From assembly GCA_963514005.1 (NCBI GenBank), contig OY740788.1, positions 88,350,001 through 88,414,000 on the forward strand: a stretch of DNA of 64,000 nt, written 5' to 3'. Within the stretch, counting starts at the first letter, position 1; each line of letters begins with the position of its first letter. Of this stretch, positions 23,400-36,489 are shown piece after piece. Origin of the DNA: Raja brachyura (taxonomy: Eukaryota). Below the pieces are notes generated by a model that was given only the letters and a program-made list of their open reading frames with translations, had not been told where the DNA came from and did not search any database. A program made the position numbers and the translations under genes.

Positions 23400-25080
23400 T
23401 TTCGGGAACTGAGCTAAAAAGGGAAATGAGAAGGACAAAAAGGGGACAGGAGGTAGATCTGGTAGATAGCACTAAGGATAATCCCAAGAGATATTAAAAG
23501 CACATACAAGGGAAAAGGGTATCCAGCGAAAGTGTGGGACCCCTCAGGAATCATAGTGGTCAATTCTGTGTGGAGCCACAGGAGGTCGGCAAGGTCCTCA
23601 ACGAGTGTTTTTACCGTGGAGAAAGACAGGAGGGTGGGGGATCTTGGGGTAGTCTCTGGAAGTGGTTGGAGAGCAGTCAGTATTATTGTCAATAGACAAT
23701 AGGTGCAGGAGTAGGCCATTCGGCCCTTCGAGCCAGCACCGCCATTCAATGTGGCTGATCATCTCCAATCAGTACCCCGTTCCTCCCTTCTCCCCATATC
23801 CCCTGACTCCTCTACCTTTAAGAACCCTATCTAGCTCTCTCTTGAAAGTATTCAGAGAACTGGCCTCCACCGTCCTCTGAGGCAGAGAATTCCACAGACC
23901 CACAACTATCTGTGAGAAAGTGTTTCCTCGTCTCCGTTCTATGTGGCCCCTGGTTCTGGACTCCCCCAACATCGGGAAGATGTCGCAGAGGTGCTGAAGG
24001 TACGTGAAGTGTATGAAGATAGACAGGTTTCCCGAGCCAGATCAGTTATATCCTAGGACACTTTGGGACATGAGGAGCCCTTGCACAGACGTATGAATCA
24101 TTGTTAAATACAGACGAGTTGCCGGAAGACTAGAGGGAGGCAAATGCTGTGCCTCTATTCAAGAAGCAGCAGGGAAAAGGCTGCAAACTACAGGCCAGTG
24201 AGCTTAACATTTGTGGTTGGAAAGTTACTGGGGAATACGATACGATATATACAGTATATATCTGAACGTAGATGGACAGAGGCTGATTAGGGACAGTCAA
24301 CATGGTTTTGTACATGGGAGGTCATGTTGCCCAAATCTGATTGAGTTATTTGCGGCTAAGACCAAAAAGGTTGTTGAAGGTAGAGCTGTGGACATTGGAT
24401 ACATGTATTTTAGTAAGGCATTTGACAAGGTACCGCATGGTAAGCTGCTCTAGAAGGTTAGATCCAATGGGATTCATGGTGATATCGATGAATGGATAGA
24501 AAATTGACTTCATTGAAAGAAGCAGAGGGTTGTTTTTTCAGACTGGAGGCCTGTGACTGGTGGTGTGCCTCAGGGTTTAATGCTGGGCCCATTGCTGTCT
24601 GTCATCTGTATCAATGATTTGTACGAGAACGTGCATGGCATGGTGTGCTAGTTTGCAGATGACACAAAAGTGGGTGGTATTGTGGAGAGTGAACGTGGTT
24701 ATCAAAAGTTGCAGCAGGATCTTGTTGATTGGGCAGGTGGGCTGAGCAATTGTTGATACAATTTAATACAGAGAAATGTGAGGTGTTGCATTTTGGAGAA
24801 CTAACATGGGCAGAATCTACACAGTAAATGGAAGAGCAGAGAGATTTAGGAGCACAGGTATGTAGGTAATTGAAAGTGGCATTACAGGTAGATAGGGTGG
24901 TCAAAAAGGCTTTTGGCACATTGGCCTTCATCAGTTAGAGCACCGTATAGAAGTTGGGAGGTCATGTTGTAAACGTATAAGACATTGGTGAGGCTGCATT
25001 CAGTGTATTGCCTCCAGTTTTGGGAAACATGTTATGGGGAAAAAGAAGATTTACGAGGATTTTGCCAGGACTCAAAGATA
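23400..25080 (+). mobile_element. Old degraded CR1 with a younger antisense CR1 3' end nested at about 23690-23982
   Basis: SQHGFVHGRSC..NLIE, FSKAFDKVPH and FADDTK remnants. Confidence 0.8.
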
Positions 25081-25489
25081 GCTTGGGACTACATAATAAA
25101 GTTATAGTCTAGATCTCCCAACCTACTCACTGCAGTAGGTACCATGTACTATTTTATTTGGACTTTCTCTGTGTCTGTAACACTGTATTCTGTACGCTTG
25201 CACCCTGTTTTTGTACTCATGCATGGTATGATTTGCAGGGATAGCACACAAAACAACGTTTCACTGTATCTCAGTACACGGGTTAATAATAAACTAATAT
25301 GAATACAAATGTGTGTTGGGCCAGGGAGATGGTGTTTGCCAAGGATCTGTTTTGTTGCTGGGTGAATTGTAATGGATCAAGGCTGTCTTTGCCAACATAC
25401 ATCTTACTCCAATTAACCTTTGCAAGCTCTTGTCTAATATTGTTAAAATTAGCCTTGCCCTAATATAAAACTTAAATTGTGATCAGATC

Positions 25490-26724
25490 AGTGGGGGCCA
25501 GGGGCAGCGGAGGAGCGCTTTCTGCGTGATGAAGAGGAAAGTAAACGGCTGCCACAGAGTACGGCAAGTCCTTTAGAGGTGGAGAGAGAAGGACAGAGAG
25601 AAGAGAAGGACAGAGAGAAGGGGGGGAGAGGGGGGGGGGGGGAGAGAGAAGGGGGAGAGGGAAGGGGGAGAGGGAAGGACAGAGAAGAGAAGGACAGAGA
25701 GAAGGGGAGGAGACAGAGAAGGGGGGAGAGAAGGGGAGAGAGAAGGGGGCAGAGGGAAGGGGGAGAGGGAAGGACAGAGAGAAGAGAAGGACAGAGAGAA
25801 GGGGGGAAGAGAGAAGTGGGGAGAGGGGGGGGAGGGGGGGGGGAGAGAGAAGGGGGAGGGGGGGGAGAGAGAAGGGGAGAGGGGGAAGAGAGGGAGGGGA
25901 AGAGAGAGAGGGGGGGAAGAGAGAGAGGGGGGGGGAGAGAGAGGGGGGGGGGGAGAGAGAGGGGGGGGGAGAGAGAGGGGAGAAGGAGTGGAGACAGTTT
26001 TAAGAAGTTTAACAAAGTTAGCGGGCATTTTACCTTCCGGTGGATGTTCTAGGTCCTGAAAACCAAAGAAGATTTCTTTGCTGAAAACTCCAATGAGCCA
26101 ATCAGAATGGCCGGTCAGTGAAGGCCTTCGTCTGGCTGTAAGTAAAAATGCGACCCCACCACTGGCTTCGACAAAACGGCAACCTATTTTTAGTCGCGGC
26201 CGGTTATGTTTTTTTAAAAATAATCGCAGGAACATAGGCAGAAGCTGCGACTACGCGGAAACCACTTTCCACCATTAGGGAGAGTGACCAGAACCTCCAG
26301 AAACTTCATGTAAACCTTGGGTGGGGCGCAAGGTCTCCAGAGGTTTCCGTTCAGGTTTCCTAAGTGGGAAGATCCGCCGGAAGGTAGAATGCCCGCTAAC
26401 TTTATTAAACTTATTAAAACTGTCTCCACTCCTTCTCCCACCCGTTCTCTCCCCTTCTCCTCCATTCTCCCCCCTTCTCTCTCCCCTTCTCTCTCCCCCC
26501 CTCTCTCCCCCCCCCTCTCTCCCCCCCCTCTCTCCCCCCCCTCTCTTCACCCCTTCTCTTCCCCCCTTCTCTTCCCCCCTTCTCTTCCCCTCTTCTCTTC
26601 CCCCCTTCTCTCTCCCTCCCTCCCGCGCTCTCTAAAGGACTTACCGTGCTCTGTGGCAGCCGTTTACTTTCCTCTTCAACACGCAGAAAGCGCTCCTCCG
26701 CTGCCCCTGGCCCCCACCTTCGCG

Positions 26725-26788
<64 letters not shown>

Positions 26789-26990
26789 CGCGGTCGGCAG
26801 CAAGGATCCTATAGGATCTTTGGTCAGTTGATGCAGCTCATGCTTCGGTCGAGGCTTTCCAGGCAAGCGACCAGAACCTCTGGTGACTGATGGAGAGTGA
26901 CCGGAACCTCCGGGAACCTCTGGGAACCTTGGGTGGGGCACACGGTCTCCTGAGGTTTCCGTTCAGGTTTCCTAAGTGGGACAGGGGCTT
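25490..26990. mobile_element. Foldback / MITE-like element (possibly PIF/Harbinger-derived) with purine-rich and pyrimidine-rich arms
   Basis: 25490-26050 is inverted relative to about 26368-26718. The motif gaggtttccgttcaggtttcctaagtggga occurs twice. Right end aagtgggacaggggct|tta. (GT)n at 26727-26786. Confidence 0.7.
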
Positions 26991-27167
26991 TACAGTGTTT
27001 GGGGCACTGGAGACCTGGGTTCAACCCCGACCACAGGTGTTGTCCCTACAGAGTTTGTACGTTCTCCCCGTGACCACATGAGTCTTCTCCGAGATCTTCG
27101 GTTTCCTCCCTCACTCCAAAGACGACAGGTTTGCAGTTTAATTGGCTTTGTTTTGCATCCAGGTATA

Positions 27168-28791
27168 TGGTGCATTCAGAAAGTATTCAGCCTCCTTCAC
27201 TTTTTCCACATTTTGTTACGTTGCAGCCTTATTCTAAAATGGGTTAAATTATTTATTGTTTTATCATCAATCTACACACAATATCCCACAATAAAAAAGT
27301 GAAAACAGGTGTTTAGAAATGTTTACAGTATAACAAATAAATAACTGAAATATCACATTTACATAAGTATTCAGACCCTTTGCTATGACACTCAAAATTG
27401 AGCTCGGGTTCATCCTGTTTCCATTGATTATCCTTGAGATGTTTCTACAACTTGATTGGAGTCCACCAGTGGTAAATGGCATTGATTGGACATGATTTGG
27501 AAAGGCACACACCTGTCTATATAAGGTCACACAGTTGGCAGTGCATGTCAGAGCTAAAACCAAGCCACAAATATGAAGGAATTGTCCGCTGACCCCTGAG
27601 ACAGGATTGTGTCGAGACACATATCTGGGGAAGGGTATAAAACAATTTCAGCAGCATTGCAGGTCCCAAAGAGCACAGTGGCCTCCGGCATTCTTAAATG
27701 GAAGGACTTTGGAACCACCAGGACTCTTCATAGAGCTGGCTGCCCGGCCAAACTGAGCAATCGGGAGAGAAGGGTCTTGGTCAGGGAGGTGACCAACAAC
27801 CCAATGGTCACTCTGACAGAGCTCCAGAGTTCCTCTGTGGAGATGGGAGAACCTTCCAGAACGATAACTATATCTGCAGCACTCCACCAATCAGACCTTT
27901 ATGGTAGAGTGGCCAGACGGAAGCCACTCCTCAGTAAAAGGCACATGACAGCCCGCTTGGAGTTTGCCAAAAGGCACCTAAAGGACTCTCAGACCATGAG
28001 AAACAAGATTCTCTGGTCTGATGAAACCAAGATTGAACTCTTTGGCCTGAATGCCAAGCGTCACGTCTGGAGGAAACCAGGCACCGCTCATCACCTGGCC
28101 AATACCATACCTACGGTGAAGCATAGCGGTGGCAGCATCATGCTGTGGGGATGTTTTTCAGTGGCAGGAACTGGGAGACTAGTCAGCATTGAGGGAAAGA
28201 TGAACGGAGCAAAGTACAGAGAGATCCTTGATGAAAATCTGTTCCAGAGCATTCAAGTCCTCAGACTAGTGTTGAGGTTCACCTTCGAACAGGACAATGA
28301 CCCTAAGCACACAGCCAAGACAATGCAGAAGTGGCTTTGTGACCAGTTTGTGAATGTCCTTGAGTGGCCCAGACAAATCCCGGACTTGAACCTGATCGAA
28401 CATCTCTGGAGGGACCTGAAAATAGCTGTGCATCGACGCTCCCCATCCAACCTGACAGAGCTTGAGAGGATCTGCAGAGAAGAATGGGAGAAATTACCCA
28501 AATACCAGTGTGCCAAGCTTGTAGCATCATACCCAAGAAGACTTGAAGCTGTAATCGCTGAAAAAGGTGCCTCAACAAAGTACTGAGTAAAGGGTCTGAA
28601 TACTTATGTAAATGTGATATTTCAGTTATTTATTTTTAATTACTTTGCAAAAGTTTCAAAACACCTGTTTTTGGATTATGTATTGTGTGTAGATTGATGA
28701 TAACAGTGAATTTAATGCATTTTAGAATAGGGCGGTAACGTAACAAAATGTGGAAAAAGTGAAGGGGTCTGAATACTTTCTGAAGTCACTG
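27168..28791 (+). mobile_element. Tc1 (DD34E, IR/DR) transposon copy 2, near full length, inserted in a SINE
   Basis: TA-flanked ~210-bp TIRs with an inner direct repeat aagtattcagaccc. SINE halves lie on both sides. Confidence 0.95.
27573..28586 (+). pseudogene. Tc1 transposase with one N-terminal stop (TGA at 27597-27599), otherwise open for 325+ codons
   Basis: Paired-like HTH region, WSDETK, QDNDPKH followed by 34 residues to the E of LIEHLW. Reads MKELSADP*DRIVSRH. Confidence 0.88.
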
Positions 28792-31700
28792 TATGTGTAA
28801 ATTGTCTCCAGTGTGTGTAGCTTGTGTTATGTGCGGACTCGGTGAGCCAAAGGGCCTGTTTCCGCACTGTATCTCTAAACTGAACTGAACTAACAGACCT
28901 CTGGTCATTTGGTCCAAAGTGCTCCCTCACTGACACCTCACTCACTTGCCCTGCTCTATTCCCCAAGAGTAGGTTGAGCTCTGCCCTCTCCACAGCAGAG
29001 TCCTCTATTATGTGTGGTGAAACCATTCTGAACACACTCAACAAATTCCATCCCATCTAAGCCTTGAACACTATTGCAGCCCAGCCTATGTTAGGAAGGT
29101 TAAAAGATTATACTTTGAATCGGGAAAAACTAAGGGCCAAAATGCTTCTATTGCAATTTCATTGGTAAGTGGAGAACCGCTTAAAGTTACTTTGGAATTT
29201 GATGAGCAGAATAAAGTGTATCTTTGGAAAAATAACAGTTCAAGTGGAATAATGGAACGACAGTGCCCTCTGGTGGGAATGGGGATATCTGCCACAGATC
29301 CGTATCTCTTCCAGTGCTGAGCACTAGCCTTCAACCCTCTGGGTGAGAGTAGAACGGTATGGGCTGGTAGTAGAGGGGCCAGGATATTGCCTCCAGCATC
29401 TCCGGGGTCGGATGCTGGAAGTGTTCTCTGAGACAGAGACGAACGGGTGAGGAGAGGGACTTTGGTCGGTGGGTCGAGCTGTTTGAGGATGATGGAGAAT
29501 CTTGAATATAAACCATTGAACCATCCTCAACATTCACTCACTCCACCACAGGTACACAGTAGCAGCAGCTTGTAGCATCTTCAGGATACATTGCAGCAAC
29601 TCACCAAGACTCCTTAGGCAGCACCTGTTAAACCCAGCTAGAAGGACAAGGGCAGCAAATGCATGGTAACATCACCCACCTAGATGTTGTCTTCCAATCC
29701 ACCCATCATACTGACCTGGAAACATAACAATGTTCCTTCACCATCGCTGCTTCAGCAACCTAGAACTCTCTCTGCCTCAGAGCATTGTGGGTCCACATTG
29801 ATTAGTACGGGTGAAAGGGGTGATGTGGAGAAGGCAGTAGAATAGGGGTTGAGATGAAGGGATAGATCAGCCATGCTTGAATGGCGGAGTAGCCTTGATG
29901 GGCCGAATGGCCTAATTCTGCTCTGATCACTGATGACGTTCTGACCTCCAGGATCATAGTGTTTAGCTCATCTTCTCAAGGGCAATGATGGATGGCCAAT
30001 GACATGTTATCTCAGCCCGCAGAGCCCTCATCCCCTCACTGAGTAAAATAAGAAATAGCTCATCATTTAGGAAGGTTTGATTTAATTAATCCATGTCAAC
30101 ATGATCTCATTTTGTGTGTATTCTTTTGTATTTTTTGAGGATGTTACAAGCAGAGGGAAGGGAGGAGACCCCGTAGATAGAGAGTATTTACATTTGTAAC
30201 GGCATTTGACACTAAAGATGGTGCACATTCCGAGCTCATTGTATTACAAGGTGAGTTTTAGGAAGGATTTAAAGCTGGTCCTCAAATAGAAAACTGCAAG
30301 TTGGAATAAGTGGGCTTTATTCAGGTTGGATGCAATTGGGCAGCGCAGTGGCTCAGCTGGTAGAAATACTGCCTCACAGTGTCAGAGACCTAGATCTGAT
30401 CCTGACCTCGGGTACTGTCTGTGTGGAGTTTGTATGTTCTCCGGGTGTTCCAATTTCTTCCCACATCCCAAAGACATGTGGGTTTGCAGATTAGGCAGCG
30501 GGCGGGACAGAGAGAGAATGTAGTCGGGTAGAACTGGGAAGGGGAAGGGGGAGGGGGAGGGGAGGGGATGGAGAGAGAAGGTAGATGATGAGATGTTTTC
30601 ACCAAAGGGAAAATCTCAAACAAGGGGACACAGTTTCAAAGTCAGAGAGTGATCATTTAAAGCTGAGGTATGCATTATTCTCACATAGGGTGGTGAATGT
30701 TTTTACCATAGAGAATTGCAGAGGCCAGATTATTTAAGTTAGATATCGGAGAAGGTTTGAATGTGTGAGGGATTGAGAGCGATGGTCAGAATATATTGCG
30801 TGGTGGAGCAGGATTGGGGGCCATGTGGCCTACTGCTGATTCAATATTCTTGTATTGGGTCTCATCTTTGGAGGGTTGAATACTGTTCTGTCCCAGTTAT
30901 CTTTTCTCAAGTCCGGTGTGGTAGTGGCAGAGCTACTGCCTTGCAGCACCAGAGGTCCAGGCTCCATCCTTGTCTGTATGGAGTTTGTACGTTCTCCCCG
31001 TGACCCGTCTGCTTTTTCTCCAAGATCTTTGGTTTCCTTCCACACTCCAAAGTCATACAGGTTTATAGGCAAGTTGTCTTGGTCTAAATGTAAAGTTGTC
31101 CCCAGTGTGCGTGGAGTAGTGTTAATGCGCAGGGACCGCTGGTTGGCGTGCGCCGAAGGACCTGTTTCCGCGCTGTATCTTAAAAACTAAAAAGATAACA
31201 CCACCTCTTTCCATTCTGATCTTAGCACCACTTCTTTCCTTGTTAACGTTGCTCCATGCTAATACTTAAGTGGCACATCACACCCTTCCTTTGATAATCT
31301 ATGAAACATTGCTCCTCATCGGTAATGATATTAAGACGCACCACAATCACTTTTATGTATGTTTATGCATGGTATTAAAAACATCACAAACTTCCACTGA
31401 AAGAACGCGTGTCATGTCCTTACCACAATGACATGTAGGACTCAGACATTCTGCAGCTGCAGGGATATTTGACCTGCCTCACTAACTCTGGAACAGGTGT
31501 AGCAATGATTTACTAAGGAGGTTGGAGTTATACGGAGAGATTGGATATGTTGGGATTGTTTTCCTGGAGGCAGGAGGCCGATGTAATCTTACAGAGGTTT
31601 ATAAAACCAGGAGGAGTTTAGATAAGATTCACACTTCCCAAAATCGGGGAAGTGTAACACTAGGGGGCATAGTTTAAGGTAAGAGGGGAAAAATAATTAA

Positions 31701-32499
31701 AGGTGTTATGAGGGTCAAGTTCTTCACGCAGAGGGTGGGGGGTATGTGGAGCACAGTGCCAAAGGAAATGGTAGCAGTGGGTACGATCACAATGTTTCAA
31801 GTTGAGCAGGTCCATGGATATGGGCCAAATACAGGGAAATGGGACTTGCTCAGATAAGCACCCTGGTGGGTATGGACAAATTGGGCTGAAGGGCCTGGAT
31901 CTGTGCTGACTAACTTTATGAATCTATGACAGTAACATTCCCAATGGCCGTTACGTGATGAAGTGTCTCCAAACGGGACCTTGAGCAGCTCGGGCTCGAT
32001 GACCTTTCACTTTTTGATCTCCATCCCCCGCCAGGAAGGATATTGCTTTGGATAGAGTTCTCTTGTCTCACACCGTCGGATAGCCATCGGGGAGCCACCG
32101 TTGAGCGAGGAAGGCTGCCAAGGACAGGGTAAAACAGGGGGATTCGGTGGGGGGGGACAATGAAGGGGGACCCGGCGGAGGGGGCCACCGAGAATGACGG
32201 GGAACATGGCCGTGGGGGAGGGGGGAAGGGGGGAGATAGAAGATAGGACTGTTTGGTGAACTTTTGTAACTTTGACGGTGCCAAAAACATGGCCACACCT
32301 GTGTACTGCCCAGGTGAGGTCCGCTGTATGATTTTACTGGGTTGTCTGCAAAACAAAGTATTTCACTTTGTCTGGGTGCATGAGACAACAATGTATAATT
32401 GAAATGGAATATCTGGGCCTTGACATGCTTGGCTGTGCAGAAATCCATCCAAGCTTCCTTCACCCAGACGAGGCTGCAGAGACAGATTCCAGCTGTGGT

Positions 32500-32525
32500 T
32501 CAGCTGTAGGACGCTGGTTCACTAC
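32500..32525 (-). CDS. Gene B terminal coding exon (GSEPASYS*)
   Basis: tttaattttgtttaagcag| acceptor, phase 1, compatible with the donor at 35737. Stop position conserved with gene A. Confidence 0.7.
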
Positions 32526-33109
32526 CTGCTTAAACAAAATTAAACAAAGTATTTACGTAAAACAAACTAGCAAAGAATGTTAGTGTCTGTTGAAGGTTCC
32601 CTGACCCGCTGAGCTACTTCAGCATTCTGTGTCTTCCAATGTGTGAGTTAGTCAGTTCCAGACAATGCCTGTACCGTTCCACCAAGTGTCTGAACACAGA
32701 GCTTGGGTTTCAGGGCTGTGTGGCCTCTGCTGTTCCTGAGCCTGGTGTGTGGGCAGGTACGAGGAACTACTTCACATGGCCAGTCCTCACCACTGCCCTG
32801 GGCTGTGGCTGGATGCAGGGGTCATGGGCTAAAGTGGCCTTCACTGGGGGCTCAATCAGGAGCCCTCAACGCTGGTGTTAGGGCAGTGGACCTACACCAT
32901 AGGAGCAGTGAACACTATGTCAAGGGGAGGCAAAGTGGATGTGAAGAACAGGCCACTCGACCCTCACATCTGTCCTGTTAATTAATCAACTGACTGACTT
33001 ATCTCAACTCCAATCACTCATCTCTGTCCACATCTGAAACTCAAACCCAACAAAAATCATTTTTTGTTCAATGCTGGAATTCCTGATTATCTGGGAGAGG
33101 GTTGCTCAT

Positions 33110-34720
33110 TCCCACTGAGTCATCATGCTGCCTAGCATGGAAACAGGCCCTTCGGCCCAACCTCTCGATGCCGAACAAGTTGCCTACCTGATCTAGTCCA
33201 GCCTACCAGCATGTGGCCCGTATCCCGCTGAAAATTTACGATCCATGGATCTATTTTTGACACATTGTAATTGCATACTTCTCTTCCACTTTAGCTGTTC
33301 GTACCAAATACCCATCAGCCTCTGTTGCTCCGTCAATCTCCTTTAAGTCTTTCCCCTCTCCGTTAAATTTATGCCCTCTAGTTTTAAACTCTCTTCCGGA
33401 AAAAAACAATGTGACAATTCATCTTATCCATTAACCACCATAAGGTCACCTCGAAGTCTCCCACACTCTAATGAAAGCAGCCTCAGACTATGCAGCTTTT
33501 CCTTGTAAGTCAAGCCTTCCAGTCCTGCTAACATTGATGTGAATCTTTTCTTCACTCTTTCCGATTTAATATCATCCGTCCTTTACTTGGATGATCAGAA
33601 CTGGTCACAGTACTCCAAGTGCGGTCTCACCAATGTCGTGCACAATTGTAACATCCTAACACTTGTACTCAACACCTCGCAAATGAAGGCATAGATGCAA
33701 CCTTGTCAAACTGCGTCACCACTTTCAGAAATAACGTGTTCTATATTTCTGTGTTAAAACACTCTCTGAAGGTCTACCATTAAATGTAGTGCCTGCCCTT
33801 GTGTAATTTACCAAAATTCAACACTTTACACTTTTCTGAGTTAAATTAGAAACATAGAAAATAGGTGCAGAGGAGTCCATTCTGCCCTTCGAGCCAGCAC
33901 CGCCATACAATATGATCATGGCTGATCATCCAGAATCATTACCCTGTTCCTGCTTTCTTCCCATATCCCTTGACTCCATTATCCCTAAGAACCATATCTA
34001 ACTCTCTCTTCAATACATCCAGTGAATTCACCTCCACTGCCTTCCGTGGCAGAGAATTCCACTGATTCACAATTCTGTGGGTGAAAACGTTTTTGTTCAT
34101 CTCAGTCCTAAATGGCCAAAACTGAGATGCCTGGTTCTGGACCCCCCCCCCCCCCCCCAACATGGGGAACATTTTTCCTGCATCTAGCCTGTCCAATCCC
34201 TTAAGAATTGTATATGTTTCTCTAAGATCCCCTCTCACCCTTTTAAATTCTAGTGAATATAAGCCCAGTAGACCCATTCTTTCATCATATGTCAGTCCCG
34301 CCATTGTATCTACCAGTCTTTGGCCCACTTTTCTGAGTTAAATCATCTGCCATCCCCGGCCCACTTTCCCGGTTGATCTAGGTCATGTTGTTTTCGTAAC
34401 TAACTTTTTTCATTATCCATTCATTTTGCAGTAATCCACAATCTTTTTAACCTTTCCACCTGCATTCCCATCCAATCGCTGATATAGATGATGAACAACA
34501 GTAGACTCAGCACCAATCCCAACGACATATCACTGGTCACTGGACTCCAATCTGAAAAGCAACCCTCCACTATTAGCATCTGAGCAGCCACCAAGCCAAT
34601 TTTGTACCCAAATAGCTAGCTTCCCCTGGATCCCTTGTGATGTAATCTTCTGGACTGGCTTTCCATGGCGGATCTTGTCAATGGCCTTGCTAAATTCCAT
34701 GCAGATACTGTGCACTGTAC
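33110..34720 (-). mobile_element. Old CR1 with a younger CR1 nested at about 33848-34325
   Basis: FSKAIDKIRHGK remnant. LGLYSLEFKRVRGDL in ORF 33939-34328. Confidence 0.8.
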
Positions 34721-35736
34721 CAAACTAAACTAAGTCTGACATCACCCTGAAGAAGTGGTCTCTAATGATGTTGCACCCTTGTGTTCTGGACTCATGACCA
34801 CTCCAGTGGCATCATTCTCTCCAGCATAAAGAACCCATTAAAATGTTTACCGACTTCAGTAAGATCACAATTTCACCGTCTAAACTGAAGGAACTTAATC
34901 CAATTTGTGACATTTGCCCAGATAATTGAAACCTGCTGCGTCCTGACAGAAGTTCAGGTACAAACGCTGAAAACAAAGATCTTGAAGAAGGCAGATGCCC
35001 TCCCCTTGAAATGACTGTGAACGATCACTGACGTTCGTGGGGCAGGATGTGGACTGGGATTGTGAGCTTCACCTTGATCACTACCTTCCAACCCAAACAA
35101 GTCCTGAACCAGCTGTTGTTAGACAAGGCAGAGACAATGGATGGCACGGTGGTATAACTACTGCCTTGCAGTGCCAGAGACCCGGGTGCTCTCTGTACAG
35201 GGTTTGTACGTTCTTGCTGTGACCTGCGTGGGTTTTTTCCAAGATCTTTGGTTTCCACCCACACTCCCTAGATGTACAGGTTTGTGGATTAATTGGCTTG
35301 GTGTAAATGTGAACTGCCCTAGTGTGAATGGGATAGTATTAATGTGCGGGGATCGCTGGTCGGCGTGGACTCGGTGGGCCGAAGGGTCTGTTTCCGCGCT
35401 GTATCTCTAAACTAAACTAAACTAAATGGCTTGCTTAATACTGAAACCGAGGTGAGATAATGAATTACAAATATAGCACTGGGTCCCTTCTCCTGGATTA
35501 GATAGTGAGCATTACCAGGATTGCAAGGATGTATTTTCATAACTAAATGATCCAACTCGATGATGGGTGTTAATTTACTCTCTACACCAAACCCGTCATC
35601 AGACTGAGCTCCTTTTGGCCCATCTCCACGCTGGTCGTTCCTGTCTGAAGCTTCCCTGCAGTCTCGATATTTCTGCAGCAGGTGACAGATATCATATGGT
35701 GCAGATGTGCCATTGTCAACAGTTACTGGAACGTAC

Positions 35737-35779
35737 CTTGGAGATGACCGTAGATGGACTGAGTTGGTCTTTGCAAATC
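35737..35779 (-). CDS. Gene B cytoplasmic exon 3 (second half of the ITAM: DLQRPTQSIYGHLQ)
   Basis: ttttccgctag| ... caa g|gtacgt, 43 nt, phase 0/1. Read-through of the donor would end GTFQ* at 35723. Confidence 0.83.
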
Positions 35780-35869
35780 CTAGCGGAAAACACAGAAATG
35801 TTGGAAACAGCAGCTTAGCAACTTGTGGTCAGTGAAACACTTCAGAGTCCTAAACGTCACATTTCTTAC

Positions 35870-35911
35870 CATGTAGATGGCGTTTGGATCTGCCTGGTGA
35901 TCTCCTGCATT
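35870..35911 (-). CDS. Gene B cytoplasmic exon 2 (NAGDHQADPNAIYM)
   Basis: ttgtag| ... |gtaaga, 42 nt, phase 0/0. Confidence 0.83.
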
Positions 35912-36489
35912 CTACAACAGAACACAATCAAACTGTTACTTTGGTCAATAAAGACACAAGGAACTGCAGATTATGGAATCTTGCATGGAACATACTGCTG
36001 GATAACTCAGCAGGTCAGACAGCATCTCTGGAAGACATGGATAGGTGATGTTTTGGGTCAGGGCCCTTCTTCAGGCTGATTGTAGTCAAGAGCAGAAAGC
36101 TTGAAAACATGAGGTGGGAGCAGGACTAAGCCTGGAAAGTGATAGGTAGGCACGGGTCAGGGGGCTTTTGAATGGCAGATGAGTGGACAAAGGCTAGAGA
36201 TGAAAAGGAAACAAAAGGGTGAGAAAAAGGAAAAATAGGAGGGAAAAAGGACACAAGGATACAAAGTAACTCAGTTGGTCAGAGAGCATCTCTGGAGATC
36301 ATGGTAGCTGATATTTCAGCTCGAGACCCTTCTTCAGACTCAAGGATGTGAGAGAAGAGGTGAGATACATTAGTGAAACGTAAGCAATAATGGTGAAAGG
36401 AGAAGGGACATAAAAGAGGGCGGAACAATGGGAAAAATGATCAGGCACTGAGGTGGAAGGATACAGGAAAGAGAGATGGGGCAGTGAGG

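Noticed and set aside
25488-26941. Pro/Ser-rich and Gly/Glu/Arg-rich ORFs
   Set aside because: Translations of low-complexity purine and pyrimidine tracts.
35589-35672. Alternative last exon of gene B after a ~64-nt intron (EISRLQG...)
   Set aside because: Not conserved in gene A, whereas the 32525-32500 / 20651-20676 exon keeps both the acceptor and the stop position.
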